Positions 43,355 to 55,248 of a stretch of DNA of 64,000 nucleotides are shown piece after piece; the stretch's first letter is position 1; each line of letters opens with the position of its first letter. Origin of the DNA: Scyliorhinus canicula (taxonomy: Eukaryota); assembly GCF_902713615.1 (NCBI RefSeq), contig NC_052171.1:13271958-13335957 (forward strand), in the 5' to 3' direction. The notes under the pieces were generated by a model, which saw nothing but the letters and a program-made list of their open reading frames with translations, was not told the origin of the DNA and searched no databases. The position numbers were made by a program, and so were the translations under genes.

Positions 43355-44008
43355 GTCGCCATTTGCTGCCAGAAGGTAAAAAAGCAAATATTGCACCAAG
43401 AGAACCTCGGCTGTCATTCTATCAACAACTTGCTTTGTGTTCTGTGCGAAAATTATTCCCTTATATTTTGTATATGAACCTGGAAAGATTATCGATGAAG
43501 TACCTTGGTTCTGTGCTGTTAAGCGAAGTTATTATACTGAGCCTGGGTGGGTGCTGTTTGACTGGCTTCTGATGATTTTACCCCATTGCTTCCATTCGCT
43601 ATAATCCTGGTGCTCAACTCTCTGACAGTCAGACACGTTATCGTGGCCAGTAGAGTGCGGAAGGGGCTGAGGGGTGAGATTAAGGCAGTGAATATTAGTG
43701 ACCCGGAAATGGAGAGCAGGCGGAAGTCTATGATTTTACTCTTCACCATGTCTGGCAGCTTCATACTTCTGTGGCTGTTGTATGTTATAGAATTTTTATA
43801 TTATAACATCACGGGGATAGAACTTCAGGATTACAGTGATTCTGAATATATATTTCAAAAAGCGGGATACATGCTGCAGAATTTAAGTTGCTGCACAAAC
43901 ACCTTTATTTATGGGGCGACCCAATCCAAGTTCAGAGTGCAGGTCAAAAGTGTGGTGATGTATCCGGTTACATCAATTATTCAATTAATCAATAAACATA
44001 ACAGCTGA
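43355..44008 (+). pseudogene. Class A GPCR (GPR139-like type) 3' half, end of TM3 to TM7; two frameshifts; 5' half absent
   Basis: VAICCQK / KSKYCTKRTSAVIL..PWFC..YYTEPGWVLFDW / TPLLPFAIILVLNSLTVRHVIVASRVRKGLRG..DPEMESRRKSMILLFTMSGSFILLW..MLQNLSCCTNTFIYGATQSKFR. Confidence 0.8.
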
Positions 44009-44460
44009 GATTAGTTTACAAGCGGCCCTCACTGTATGCAATCCATGAATGGAATATTTATCTACATCCTCCGAATAGAACCACGAAATGTAAGCCTACC
44101 TGTGTCAATTATAATGATATTTTAATGCACCTTCTGAAAATTGGTTACGGCAGGAGAATGGAATCAAAAGGGGGCAGAAGGAGAAGGAGAAGATCTCATT
44201 CTGGACAGAAGGGTAAAAGAGGCCACACAATCTGGAATTAGCGTCCACTGATGGATTCTCAGTACCGCACACCTGAACAAGCAACAGATAAAACGCTGTC
44301 GGTGTTTGCAGTCTTATTGCTGCCATGAGATATTGCTGAATTTATTCTTGGGTAAAGTTCATGAGCTCCTATCCTCCCCTCTCCTCCCAACACACACACA
44401 CATTGTGGCTGCCGGCCATCTCTTTCCCACCTATATGATGTGGACGAGCCAAGGTCCAGG

Positions 44461-44780
44461 ACAGCACGGTACCATTGTGGATAGCACAATCGCTTCACAG
44501 CTCCAGGGTCCCAGGTTCGATTCTGGCTTGGGCCACTGACTGTGCGAAGTCTGCACATCCTCCCCGTGTGTGCGTGGGTTTTCTCGAGGTGCTCCGGTTT
44601 CCTTCCACCTCCAAAGATGTGCAGGTTAGGTGGATTGGCCATGATAAAAATTGCCCTTCGTGTCCAAAATTGCCCTTAGTGTTGGGTGGGGTTACTGGGC
44701 TATGGGGATAGGGTGGAGGTGTTAACCTTAGGTAGGGTGCTCTTCCCTGGAGCCGAATGGCCTCCTTCTGCACTGTAAAT
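44461..44780 (+). mobile_element. HE1/V-SINE-like SINE
   Basis: Consensus head, body and tail. Confidence 0.85.
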
Positions 44781-44901
44781 TATATGTCTGAATGAATGTC
44801 CAACCCGCACTGAAGATGCTCACAGATCACATTGGCGGCTTCCAAATCTGCGTTAATTTCTTTCACTGGTGCCATGTTTCTCAATGTCTCCCTTCACACA
44901 G

Positions 44902-45139
44902 ATGGAAATTGGTCACTGAGATTTATGAATGAGGGAAGCAGGTGCGATGGGCGAGTGGAGATTTACTACAACCGCAGCTGGGGCAGAGTCCAGGACAGCC
45001 ACTGGGACTTGAATGACGCTAAGGTGGTCTGCAGACAGCTGGGATGCGGAGCCGCGATAGCCGCTTATGACTCTTCACAATACGGAGAGGGTGAAGGGTC
45101 AGTGTGGGTGAATGATGACCAGTGTAAAGGAAACGAATT
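44902..45139 (+). pseudogene. SRCR exon, 3'-truncated, opposite in orientation to the other SRCR exons
   Basis: cccttcacacag|ATGGAAATTGG; reads WSLRFMNEGSRCDGRVEIYYNRSWGRVQDSHWDLNDAKVVCRQLGCGAAI...YGEGEGSVWVNDDQCKGNE, then similarity stops before the last cysteines. Confidence 0.85.
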
Positions 45140-46350
45140 ATTGGAATCGCCCAGGATCAACACCCACATACCTTCTCCAAGACGGAAGCATCTGTCATCT
45201 GCCTTTGAATGGGAACTAACCCCGAGGATCAGGGTCACTCCAGCATCAGAAGCTTCGTTTATGTCCACCCAAAAATGGACTGTCACCAGGTCAGAAATCT
45301 CCACAATATTCGACGATCACTAGGTTCTGATTCTGCCTTGGAAAGGGCACTCTCCGCGATCGTAAATTCTGAAGATGTGCATACACTGCAGAATTTTGAA
45401 CTGCTTCAAATTGTTGGGGCGCTCCCCAGGTTCAGAATCTCTACAACTCGCCCTTCTCAGGACCGATCATCCGTCCACATTCTAGAACAATTCCAACTGA
45501 TTCCATTTGCCGGGAATGAATACACTCCAGTCGATGATACGCCAGTTGGTCGGTGGAGGCGACCTCGGGATCGTCGCTTCCCCTGGAGTAGTCTTCTGTA
45601 TTTTGCATCCACGTTCGTCAATTGAGCCTCCGCCTGGGGGAGACACCGTTGAAGATCAGACCAACTTCCGAAGGGGGCAGATACACGTTAAAATCAGCCC
45701 CTTTCTCTGTTACCAAATCCGGCTCGGGTTCAGAACCTCCACCGGGTCACACCGTTTCCCTGCCCTCAGGTCACCTCTCCAACCTCCAACCCGGATCCAA
45801 TGCAGAATCAGACACTCTGAGTTCATGTTCCGAACTCTGGTGTTTGATGTGACTCTTGCAGTCCAAACTCAACTGAGCCGACGGGCAGGCTCACTTCATC
45901 CCTTCCACGATCCAATCCAGCGTCCAGTCCGTCTATCCCCGTGTCCAGAGATAATTCACTCTCTGAAGAGTTACACAGAAGATCACAGAGGGAGCAGAGA
46001 AACACGAGAAAGAGGAAACAACTCTAATGGCCCAGGAGTCAACGGTGAATTGTGGGTATGGTCCGGGTGTTGATCAACAAATAAACTGTGTGCCAATAGA
46101 GAATCCCCCAACTCCATGCAGCTCCCAGTGACACCTGATTCAAATATCCATCATTCTCGGCACAAGCTGTAGTGCAAACGGGAGCGATGGTTATAAATTG
46201 AATCTGGGGGTTGCGGCTATGACTAGCTAAGCCGCACATTTGGAAGCTCCTGCAACAAAGGTGTTTTTGGGCCAATTGGAGGCCCCCAACGGCGCTGAAA
46301 AAACGAATCCCGGTGGGGGAAGGTCCCCTGAGGAGAACTAGACCGATTTT

Positions 46351-47196
46351 ATGGTCGGTACCCGGAGTGGAGCGGCAAGAAAAACGGCAGCAGCTCCCCA
46401 AAAAAAGCGGGGGAAGAAAATCAAAATGGCGGCCGGCGGTGCATCGGAGGAGTGGAAGAAATGGGCGGAGGAGCAGCAGGCCGCTCTCCTCCGTTTTTTC
46501 ACGGAGATGAAAGTGGAGCTCTTAGAGTCCATGAACGCAACGGCCACCAGGTTGGTGGGAGCCCAGGCGATCCAAGAGGCGTCGATTAAAGATCTGCAGC
46601 AGGAGATGACCGCGAGGGAGGAGGAGGCCACAGTCATCGGGGCAAAGTTGGAGGTGCACGAGGCACTCCACATGAAGTGGCAGAGCCGCTTCGAGGAGCT
46701 GGACACTCGGATGAGGAGGAAAAATTTGAGGATCCTGGGCCTGGAAGAAGGCCTGGAGGGGTCGGATCTCCCGGGATATGTGGCGGAGATGTTGAGCTCC
46801 CTGATGGGGGAAGGGGCCGGTCCGGCGCCCCTGGAATTGGAAGAGGCATACCGGGTCATGGCCAGGAGGCCTAGGGCAAACGAGCCCCCGAGGGCGGTGC
46901 TGGTGCGGTTCCAGTGGCTAAGTGATCGAGAAAGAGTCCTGAGGTGGGCAAAAAGGGAGAAAAGCAGCAAGTGGCAGAACTCGACGGTAAGGGTGTACCA
47001 GGACTGGAGTGCGGAGGTGGCAAAGCGGCGGGCCCGGTACAACCGGACAAAGGCGGTGCTACACGCAAAAAAGATCAAATTTGGAATGCTGCAACCGGCG
47101 CGCTTGTGGGTCACCTACAAGGACCAACATCATTATTTCGAGTCCCCAGAGGAGGCCTGGACCTTTGTACAAGAGGAAAAGTTGGACACGAACTAA
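46351..47196 (+). CDS. L1 ORF1p (coiled coil plus RRM/CTD, Transposase_22-like), intact
   Basis: RMRRKNLRILGLEEGLEG, LEEAYRV, PRAVLVRF, VRVYQDWSAEVAKRRARY, FGMLQPARLWVTY. The start may be the ATG at 46426. Confidence 0.88.
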   Translation: MVGTRSGAARKTAAAPQKKRGKKIKMAAGGASEEWKKWAEEQQAALLRFFTEMKVELLESMNATATRLVGAQAIQEASIKDLQQEMTAREEEATVIGAKLEVHEALHMKWQSRFEELDTRMRRKNLRILGLEEGLEGSDLPGYVAEMLSSLMGEGAGPAPLELEEAYRVMARRPRANEPPRAVLVRFQWLSDRERVLRWAKREKSSKWQNSTVRVYQDWSAEVAKRRARYNRTKAVLHAKKIKFGMLQPARLWVTYKDQHHYFESPEEAWTFVQEEKLDTN

Positions 47197-47983
47197 AACC
47201 TGGGAGCACCGGCGGTCGTAGCCGCCGGGGGACTCTTGATTGAGCAAGTGGCCCTTTTCTTTTTCAGGCCAAGTCGGAACTGGGTAACAGTTTCGTGGAT
47301 TGTTTGGGGTGTTTTTTCTCGAACGGTTGACTTTTCTGAATATTTTGAAGGTTTCGAGTTGTTGGGTGTTTCTGTATATTTGTACTGTTGAAATCTCTAT
47401 CCAATTTCCCTTAGTTATTTACCCCTCTTACCCTTTTTCTTTGGGTGCTTGGGGGGGTTTTTTGTTCTTTTTTTCTTTTCGGGTTATGGTTATCTGCGGT
47501 TATTTATACTGTTTGATGGAGGGTGATGGTTGGGCACACTGTTAGTTGATAGCTAGTTAATTATTTTGTTATTTAAGTATGTAGTTAAGTATTTATGTAT
47601 TTAGTTGCCATTGGGTATTTATATCGTTAAGTTGGGGAGACGGGACGGAGGGAGCGGGTTGATTATGCGGGTCTTTCTCGGGGGTTTTAAGGGGATCTTT
47701 CATGGGCGCAGATGGGGTGAACCGGGAGGAGTCGGAATGTGGCAGGAGCAGCCGGGTCAGCGGAGACCAGCTGACTCTCGGGAGTACGATGTGGGGTACA
47801 TCGCGGCTAGGAGGGGTCCTAGCCAGGGGGGGGGGGAAGGGGGGGGGGGCTGGGCGGGACACCGGGTTGCTGCTGGAAAGACCAGGGACGAGAAGGGGAG
47901 TGCCGGGGGGGTGGGGGGGGGCCATCGCTATGGGAAGCGGGTCAGAAAAGAAGGGATGATCCGGGGCGAGCAAGGGACAAGAC

Positions 47984-50900
47984 ATGGCTAATCGACAGGG
48001 AGTAGGGACGGGTCGCTCTGCGACCCGATTGATCACGTGGAACGTAAGGGGGCTGAATGGGCCGGTCAAAAGATCAAGGGTCTTCTCACACCTGAAGGGA
48101 CTGAAGGCTGATGTAGCAATGCTGCAGGAGACTCATTTGAGGGTAGCAGATCAGGTCCGCCTGAGAAGGGGGTGGGTGGGACAGGTGTTCCACTCAGGCT
48201 TGGATATCAAGAACCGGGGGGTGGCGATTTTGGTGGGAAAGAGGGTGTCATTTGTGGCGGCAGAGGTGGTGGCAGACAAGGAGGGCAGGTACGTGATGGT
48301 GAGGGGTAGGCTGCAGGGAGAGAATGTGGTACTGGTAAATGTGTATGCGCCGAACTGGGACGACGCGGGTTTTATGAGGCGCCTGCTGGGCCTCATCCCG
48401 GGACTGGAGGCAGGGGGCCTGATCATGGGAGGGGACTTTAATACGGTGTTAGACCCTGGGCTGGATAGATCGAGTTCCAGGATGAATAGGAGGCCGGCAG
48501 CGGCAGAGGTGTTAAGGGGGTTCATGGAGCAGATGGGAGGGGTAGACCCATGGAGATTTGGTAGGCCTAGGGCGAGGGAGTATTCTTTTTTCTCCCACGT
48601 CCACAGAGTGTACTCTAGGATCGATTTTTTCGTATTGAACAGGGGGCTGATACCGAGAGTGCAGGACACGGAGTACTCGGCCATTGCGATATCGGACCAT
48701 GCACCACATTGGGTGGACGTGGACATGGGGGAGGCGCGGGACCAACGCCCGTTGTGGCGCCTGGATGTAGGGCTGTTGGCGGACGAAGAGGTGTGCAGAA
48801 GGGTGAGAACGGGCATTGAGAACTATCTGGGTACGAATGACACAGGTGAGGTGCAGGTGGGGACGGTCTGGGAGGCCTTGAAAGCAGTGATTAGAGGAGA
48901 GCTGATCTCCATAAGGGCACACAGAGAGAGGAAGGAGAGGCAGGAAAGGGAGAGGCTGGTGGGGGAGCTCCTAGAAGTAGATAGGAAATATGCGGCGGCA
49001 CCAGAGGAGGGGCTATTAAGGGAGCGGCGTAGCGTGCAGGCCAGGTTCGACCTACTGACCACTAGGAAGGCGGAAATGCAGTGGAGAAGGGCGCAGGGTG
49101 AGGCGTATGAGTACGGGGAAAAGGCGAGCAGGATGCTGGCACACCAGCTTCGTAAGCGAGATGCAGCCAGAGAGATTGGGGGAGTGAGAGAGAGGGGTGG
49201 GGACGTAGTGCAGAAGGGGCAAGAGGTGAATAGGGTCTTTAGGGACTTCTATAGGGAATTGTATAGGTCTGAACCGCCGAAGAAGAGAGGGGGAATGAAG
49301 AACTTTCTCGACAAATTGGGGTTCCCAAAGGTACAGGAGGAGCTGGTGGAAGGGTTGGGGGCGCCGATAGAGCTGCAGGAGCTAATTAAAGGGATAGGCC
49401 AGATGCAGGCGGGGAAGGCGCCGGGGCCGGATGGGTTCCCGGTGGAGTTTTACAGGAAATTTGTGGACTTGGTGGGTCCAGTGCTGGTGCGAGCCTTTAA
49501 TGAGGCGCGCGAGGGGGGGGTTCTGCCCCCAACAATGTCGCAGGCCCTGATCTCCTTGATTTTGAAGCGGGACAAGGACCCGGTCCAGTGCGGGTCCTAC
49601 AGGCCCATCTCCCTCCTGAATGTTGACGCCAAGCTGTTAGCAAAGGTCCTGGCAACCAGGATAGAGGACTGTGTGCCAGGGGTAGTCCATGAAGACCAGA
49701 CGGGGTTCGTGAAGGGACGCCAACTTAACACAAATGTCCGGAGATTGTTAAATGTGATTATGATGCCAGCAGTGGAAGGGGAGGCGGAGATAGTGGTAGC
49801 GCTGGACGCGGAGAAGGCATTTGACAGGGTGGAGTGGGAATACTTGTGGGAGACGTTGGAAAGGTTTGGGTTTGGGGAGGGATTTATCAAGTGGGTAAAA
49901 CTGCTCTATTCAGCTCCGATGGCAAGTGTGGTAACAAACGGGAGGAGGTCAGAATATTTTGGGCTCCATCGAGGTACTAGGCAGGGATGTCCCCTATCTC
50001 CCTTACTCTTTGCATTAGCGATTGAGCCGTTGGCGATGGCACTGAGGGGTTCAGGGGGGTGGAGAGGACTGACAAGGGGAGGGGAGGAACATCGGGTCTC
50101 GCTCTATGCGGATGATTTGTTGTTGTATGTGGCAGACCCGGAGGGGGGAATGCCGGAGGTAATGGGGATACTAGCGGAGTTCGGGGACTTTTCGGGATAT
50201 AAATTAAATCTGGGGAAAAGGAGGTCTTTGTAATACACCCGGGAGACCAAGGGGAGGGAATTGGGAGGCTCCCCTTCAAAAGAGCAGTTAAAAGTTTTAG
50301 GTATTTGGGGGTGCAGGTGGCAAAGAACTGGGGGACCCTCCACAAGTTGAACTTTTCCAGACTGGTGGAACAGATGGAGGAGGAGTTTAAGAGGTGGGAC
50401 ATGGTGCCGCTGTCGCTGGCAGGGAGGGTGCAGTCAGTTAAAATGACGGTCCTCCCGAGGTTCTTGTTTTTGTTCCAGTGTCTGCCCATCTTCCTCCCCA
50501 GGGCCTTTTTCAAGAAGGTAACGAGTAGTATCATGGGGTATGTGTGGGCACATGGCACCCCGAGAGTTAGAAGGGTCTTTTTGGAGCGGAGTAGGGATAG
50601 TGGAGGGCTGGCGTTACCCAACCTTTCAGGATATTACTGGGCGGCAAATACATCGATGGTACGAAAGTGGATGATGGAAGGGGAGGGGGCAGCCTAGAAG
50701 CGCATGGAGAGGGCGTCCTGCGGCAACATAAGCTTAGGGGCACTGGTAACGGCACCATGGCCGCTCCCTCCCACGAGGTATACCACGAGCCCGGTGGTGG
50801 CGGCCACCCTCAAGATCTGGGGGCAGTGGAGGCGACACAGGGGGGAAGTGGGAGGTCTGATAGGGGCACCACTAAGAGGGAACCACAGATTTGCGCCGGG

Positions 50901-51777
50901 AAACACAGGAGGGGGATTCCAGAGCTGGCAGAGGGCGGGTATTAGACAACTGAGGGACTTGTTTATAGAGGGGAGGTTTGCGAGCCTGGGAGAGCTGGAG
51001 GAGAAATTTGGGCTCCCCCCGGGGAACACGTTCAGGTACCTCCAAGTGAAGGCATTTGCCAGACGACAGGTAGCGGGGTTCCCCGCGCTCCCCGACAGGG
51101 GGGTGAGTGATAGGGTGCTATCAGGGGTCTGGGTCGGGGAGGGGAAGATCTCGGACATCTATAAGATTATGCAGGAGGTGGAGGAGGTACCAGTAGAGGA
51201 GCTGAAAGATAAGTGGGAGTTAGAGCTGGGGGAACAGATAGAGGACGGGACATGGGCAGACGCCCTGGAGAGGGTCAACTCGTCGTCGTCATGTGCGAGA
51301 CTAAGTCTCATTCAATTTAAGGTACTGCATAGAGCCCACATGACGGGGACAAGGATGAGTCGGTTTTTCGGGGGTGAAGACAGGTGTATTAGATGTTCGG
51401 GAAGCCCTGCGAATCATGCACATATGTTTTGGGCATGTCCGGCACTGGAGGAGTTCTGGAAGGGGGTGGCAGGGACGGTGTCGAGAGTGGTGGGGTCCAG
51501 GGTCAAGCCAGGATGGGGACTTGCGATCTTCGGGGTTGGGGTGGAACCGGGGGTACAGGAGGCGAGGGAGGCTGGAATATTAGCCTTTGCGTCCTTGGTG
51601 GCTCGGAGGAGGATCCTGATTCAGTGGAGGGACGAAAGGCCTCCGAGTGTTAACACCTGGTTAAACGACATGGCAAACTTCATCCAATTGGAAAGGATCA
51701 AATTCGCCCTGAGAGGGTCGGTGCAGGGGTTTTTCAGGCGATGGCAACCCTTCCTAGACCTCTTGGATCAGAGATAG
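47984..51777 (+). pseudogene. L1 ORF2p (APE endonuclease, RT, C-terminal Cys-rich knuckle) with one 1-bp deletion (about 50221) and one nonsense codon (TAG 50695-50697)
   Basis: TWNVRGLN, LQETH, NVYAPN, GGDFN, SRIDFF, SDHAP; KAPGPDGF, YRPISLLN, LDAEKAFDRVEW, RGTRQGCPLSP, LYADD; CIRCSGSPANHAHMFWACP. Confidence 0.93.
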
Positions 51778-52599
51778 AAACTGAGGCCGTGACAGCAGCA
51801 ACCCGGGAGGGGAGGGGAGGGCGGGAGGGAGGGGGGAGGAGGGGGGGGGGGAGGGGGGACAAAGATGAAGGAAGTACGGTAGCGGTGGTGGCACGGGCAA
51901 GGCCTGCCCGAGGACGCTGCTAGAAATGATAAGTTGGTCTGACTGTCGGTTCGCCGGCGGGGGGGGGGGGGGGGGGGACGCGCGAGTAGGGGGGGGGGAC
52001 TTTTTTCTTTTTCTTGTTAAGTAGGGGGGTTTGACTTTGTTTTGTTATAATTTAAATGTAAATGTAGGGGGGGTTAAAATGTTTGTATTTTGAAAAATTT
52101 CTTCAATAAAAATTATTTAAAAAAAAAAAAAATTGAATCTGGTACTTTCAGTGTTGATTCGGCAACCAATACTCTATTTCATCGGAAGATAAGGTGGTGC
52201 CCTTCACAAAGCTTCAACCTTGGAGTGTAGGGAGGTTAGAGAGTGTGTTTGATGTGGAGTTAGAGAGACAAGAGTTTGAAACACCGGGTTATGTATGCCA
52301 ACTGAAGAAAGGAGTTCAGTAAAGTGGTCTCCCAATCTGTGTTTTAATTGATCTGAATACATGGAGGCAATGTCCTGAGCAGCAAGTATAATTACTCAAG
52401 GTGTTGGAAATGTTAATATTTGTGGAGCTTTTAAAAGTGAAAGGGAGGGAGGTGCAGGCGGACACGTGATATGTCTCCTGCAGCCTGACAGGAAAATGAA
52501 GAGGAGAGGATGATGGGTGTAATTGACAAGTGAATATGCGTATCAAGACCGCAGAGATACTGCTTCGTTGTGAGGAATGGTGAAGTGATACAGTCATAG

Positions 52600-52890
52600 A
52601 TCGCTAGTGAAGAAGGAGGCCATTCGGGCCATCGACTCTGCACCGCCCAGCTAAGTGCCCCCACCCGATCCACCTAACCTACCTAACCCTTTGGATACTA
52701 GGGAAACTTGATCATGGCCAATTCAGCTAACCCGCGCATCTCGAGACTATGGGAGGAAAGCGGAGCACCCGACGTAAATCCAGGCAAACAAGGGGACACT
52801 TCCAAATTCCACACACATTCCCACGGTCGGAATTGAACCCATATCCATGGGGCTGTGAGGCAGCAGTGTTAAACACTGTGCTACAGTGCC
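52600..52890 (-). mobile_element. Degenerate HE1-like SINE
   Basis: Reverse-strand head (TGTAGCACAGTGTTTAACACTG) and central domain. Confidence 0.65.
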
Positions 52891-55017
52891 GCTCATTCAC
52901 CTGAGGAAGGTGCAGTCCTCCGAAAGCTAGTGTTTTGAAACAAAATTGTTGGACTTTAACCTGCAGTTGTAAGACTTCTTATTGTGCTCACCCCAATCCA
53001 ACGCCGGTATCTCCACATCTTGGCACATTTAGTTGTAAGCTTAGTGGGATGTGCAGAGATTTTGTGCATCATGCTTGATTTGTCAGGCTGCTGAGATATA
53101 GGTTCATGACAAAGGGAATATTATCACAGTTTTGGTAATGAAGAGAAGGTGTTAAAATTTAGAAACGTGATGGATATGACCGGGGGCTGGGAGAGCTGTT
53201 GCAAGCAAATCAATGTGATAGAAACCAATATAAATCAATTCAAATCAGGTTATCAGGCAGAGTTATCAGGAAATAGTTTAGGTGTACTGGTCACACGGTG
53301 TTTTAAATTACTGCATCATAACCCCAGGGACCAGGTTTGGTGAATATTCCAATCCTATCCATTCCTGGCCTTGGCACAAGACTTGAATGAACTGCGAGTT
53401 AAAGAACAGGTCGTGGTTACTGCAATTTGGACCAGAGTGGGACAGGCTGACATGCACAGAAATGGAAATTGGAACCAGGCTCCGATCTCGGCATGTTGAA
53501 GAGACTGCGCTGGGACAGGTGGGGCAGAATGAAACAATGAGTGTGGAAACTGTTGCCGAGAATGGAGAGAGATCGCTGAGGAAGGAGCTAATCATGTCTA
53601 TTCATTGAGAATACTTCAGCACCGTAATCCAGGAGGCGGCAGAGCCCCTAATTAAGATAGCTTGTTTCCAATCATATTAAAATAAAATATAGGGAAACAC
53701 AGCAGGGACATAGTATCTGTTCATTATCATAGATGGTTGGAGTGTGGATAGGCTCAGAAATTATTCCCTGCACACAGGTCAGGAATGGTCAGCGGTCTAT
53801 CACACGGGGTGGCCGAGCACAATCCTAGTGCAGGTTTCAAGTTATCTGCCATCACCGCTGAGCGAGCTGCGTCCTCCCGCTCACGGCTGGACTGGACAGA
53901 CATGCAATGTGCTGCCCACTCAGGGAGGGGCGGGAGGGAAAATTCGGTGAACCGGAAGATTCCGGCGGTAGAAGGGCCGTAAAATATCGCAATATGTCAG
54001 CGCTGGATGGTAACTCGGGAACTGAATGTCTGTTTCAGACCGAGAGCAGGGTCGGATTTTCTCTAAGCCCACGGACACAATCAATTGTCGCTCTGAAATA
54101 TCCAGCATTAATCTCGCAACATGAATTAATCGATAATGTGTCAATAATTGAACAGAAAAACACTGAGATTGTCTCACAGATATGACATTCAGTTGGATGC
54201 TTTGGGCAGAAAAGTATCAACTATGAGAATGAAAGCGATTACCTACTGAATCAGCCTGGCTGTTCCCGGGTCTGCCTTGAATAAATAGTTCAGAATTAGT
54301 GTTCACTGAACCACGACATGAATGAAACTGTCCATATGAAACATCACAAAAGCAATACTGGAGCGGTATATGGCGCAGTGGTTAGCACTCAGACTGCGGC
54401 TCTGACTATCTGGTTTCGAATCCCGGCCCTGGGTCACTGTCTGTGTGGAGTTTGCACATTTCCCTCGTGTCTGTGTGGGTTTCGCTCCCACAACCCAAAG
54501 ATATGCCGGTTAGGTAGATTGGCCACGCTAAATTGTCCTTTCGTTGGAAAATAATAATTCGGTACCCTAAATTAAAAAAAACTTTGACAATACGATGATT
54601 TATTGTACTAATTCGCCACCATTCATCTAATGCCACAATATTTCACCTAAATCGAGGATCCCACATTTTCTTTTGGGTTGAATTTCCTGAATTTTAGGAA
54701 GAATTGTGATTATATCAGAAATTGTGATTATATCGGTTCGAACAAAACCACCGGAACGCCTCTACAGAAAGTTAATATCAGTAACGTGTCAACATTTTTC
54801 CAGAATTGTTTTAACTGCAAAAATGTTGAGCTGTTTCCAATATTCCTTAGGATATTGTCTCCCACAGATTGTTTCCATAGTCACCCTAAAATACGGTCGT
54901 GCGATGTTGACAATCTCACGAATTGGCTATCTATTCAAAATGGCGCTCCCATAATATTGGGGCACATTCTATGTGTTGGCTCAATACTATTCATTGTTCC
55001 TTAATATATTCCCAGAC

Positions 55018-55248
55018 GCACTGCACTGTGACGCAGTGGGTTAGCCATGGTGCCGAGTTCCCAGGTTCGAACCCGGCTCTAGATCACTGTTCGTGTGGAT
55101 TTTGCACATTCTCCCCGTGTTTGCGTGGATTTCACCCCCACAACCCAAAGATGTGCAGGGTAGGTGTATTGGAAACGCTAAATTGCCTCTTAATTGGAAA
55201 AAAAAATGGTTTGGGTACACTAAATTTTTTTTTTTAAATAAAAAAATC
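55018..55248 (+). mobile_element. SINE with an 11-bp TSD
   Basis: TATTCCCAGAC at 55007-55017 and 55249-55259; T/A-rich tail. Confidence 0.8.

Larger units (their letters stand above)
46208..52129 (+). mobile_element. Full-length L1-clade LINE (about 5.9 kb) with TSD and poly(A)
   Basis: 13-bp TSD AAATTGAATCTGG at 46195-46207 and 52130-52142; AATAAA plus A-run at the 3' end; ORF1 and ORF2 in tandem. Confidence 0.95.

Noticed and set aside
47593-50621. Antisense ORFs in L1 (e.g. 48151..48816, 49977..50621) as ORF0-like genes
   Set aside because: They are explained by GC-rich codon bias on the opposite strand and show no recognisable motifs; the same applies to the ORFs antisense to CR1 and the Myb gene.
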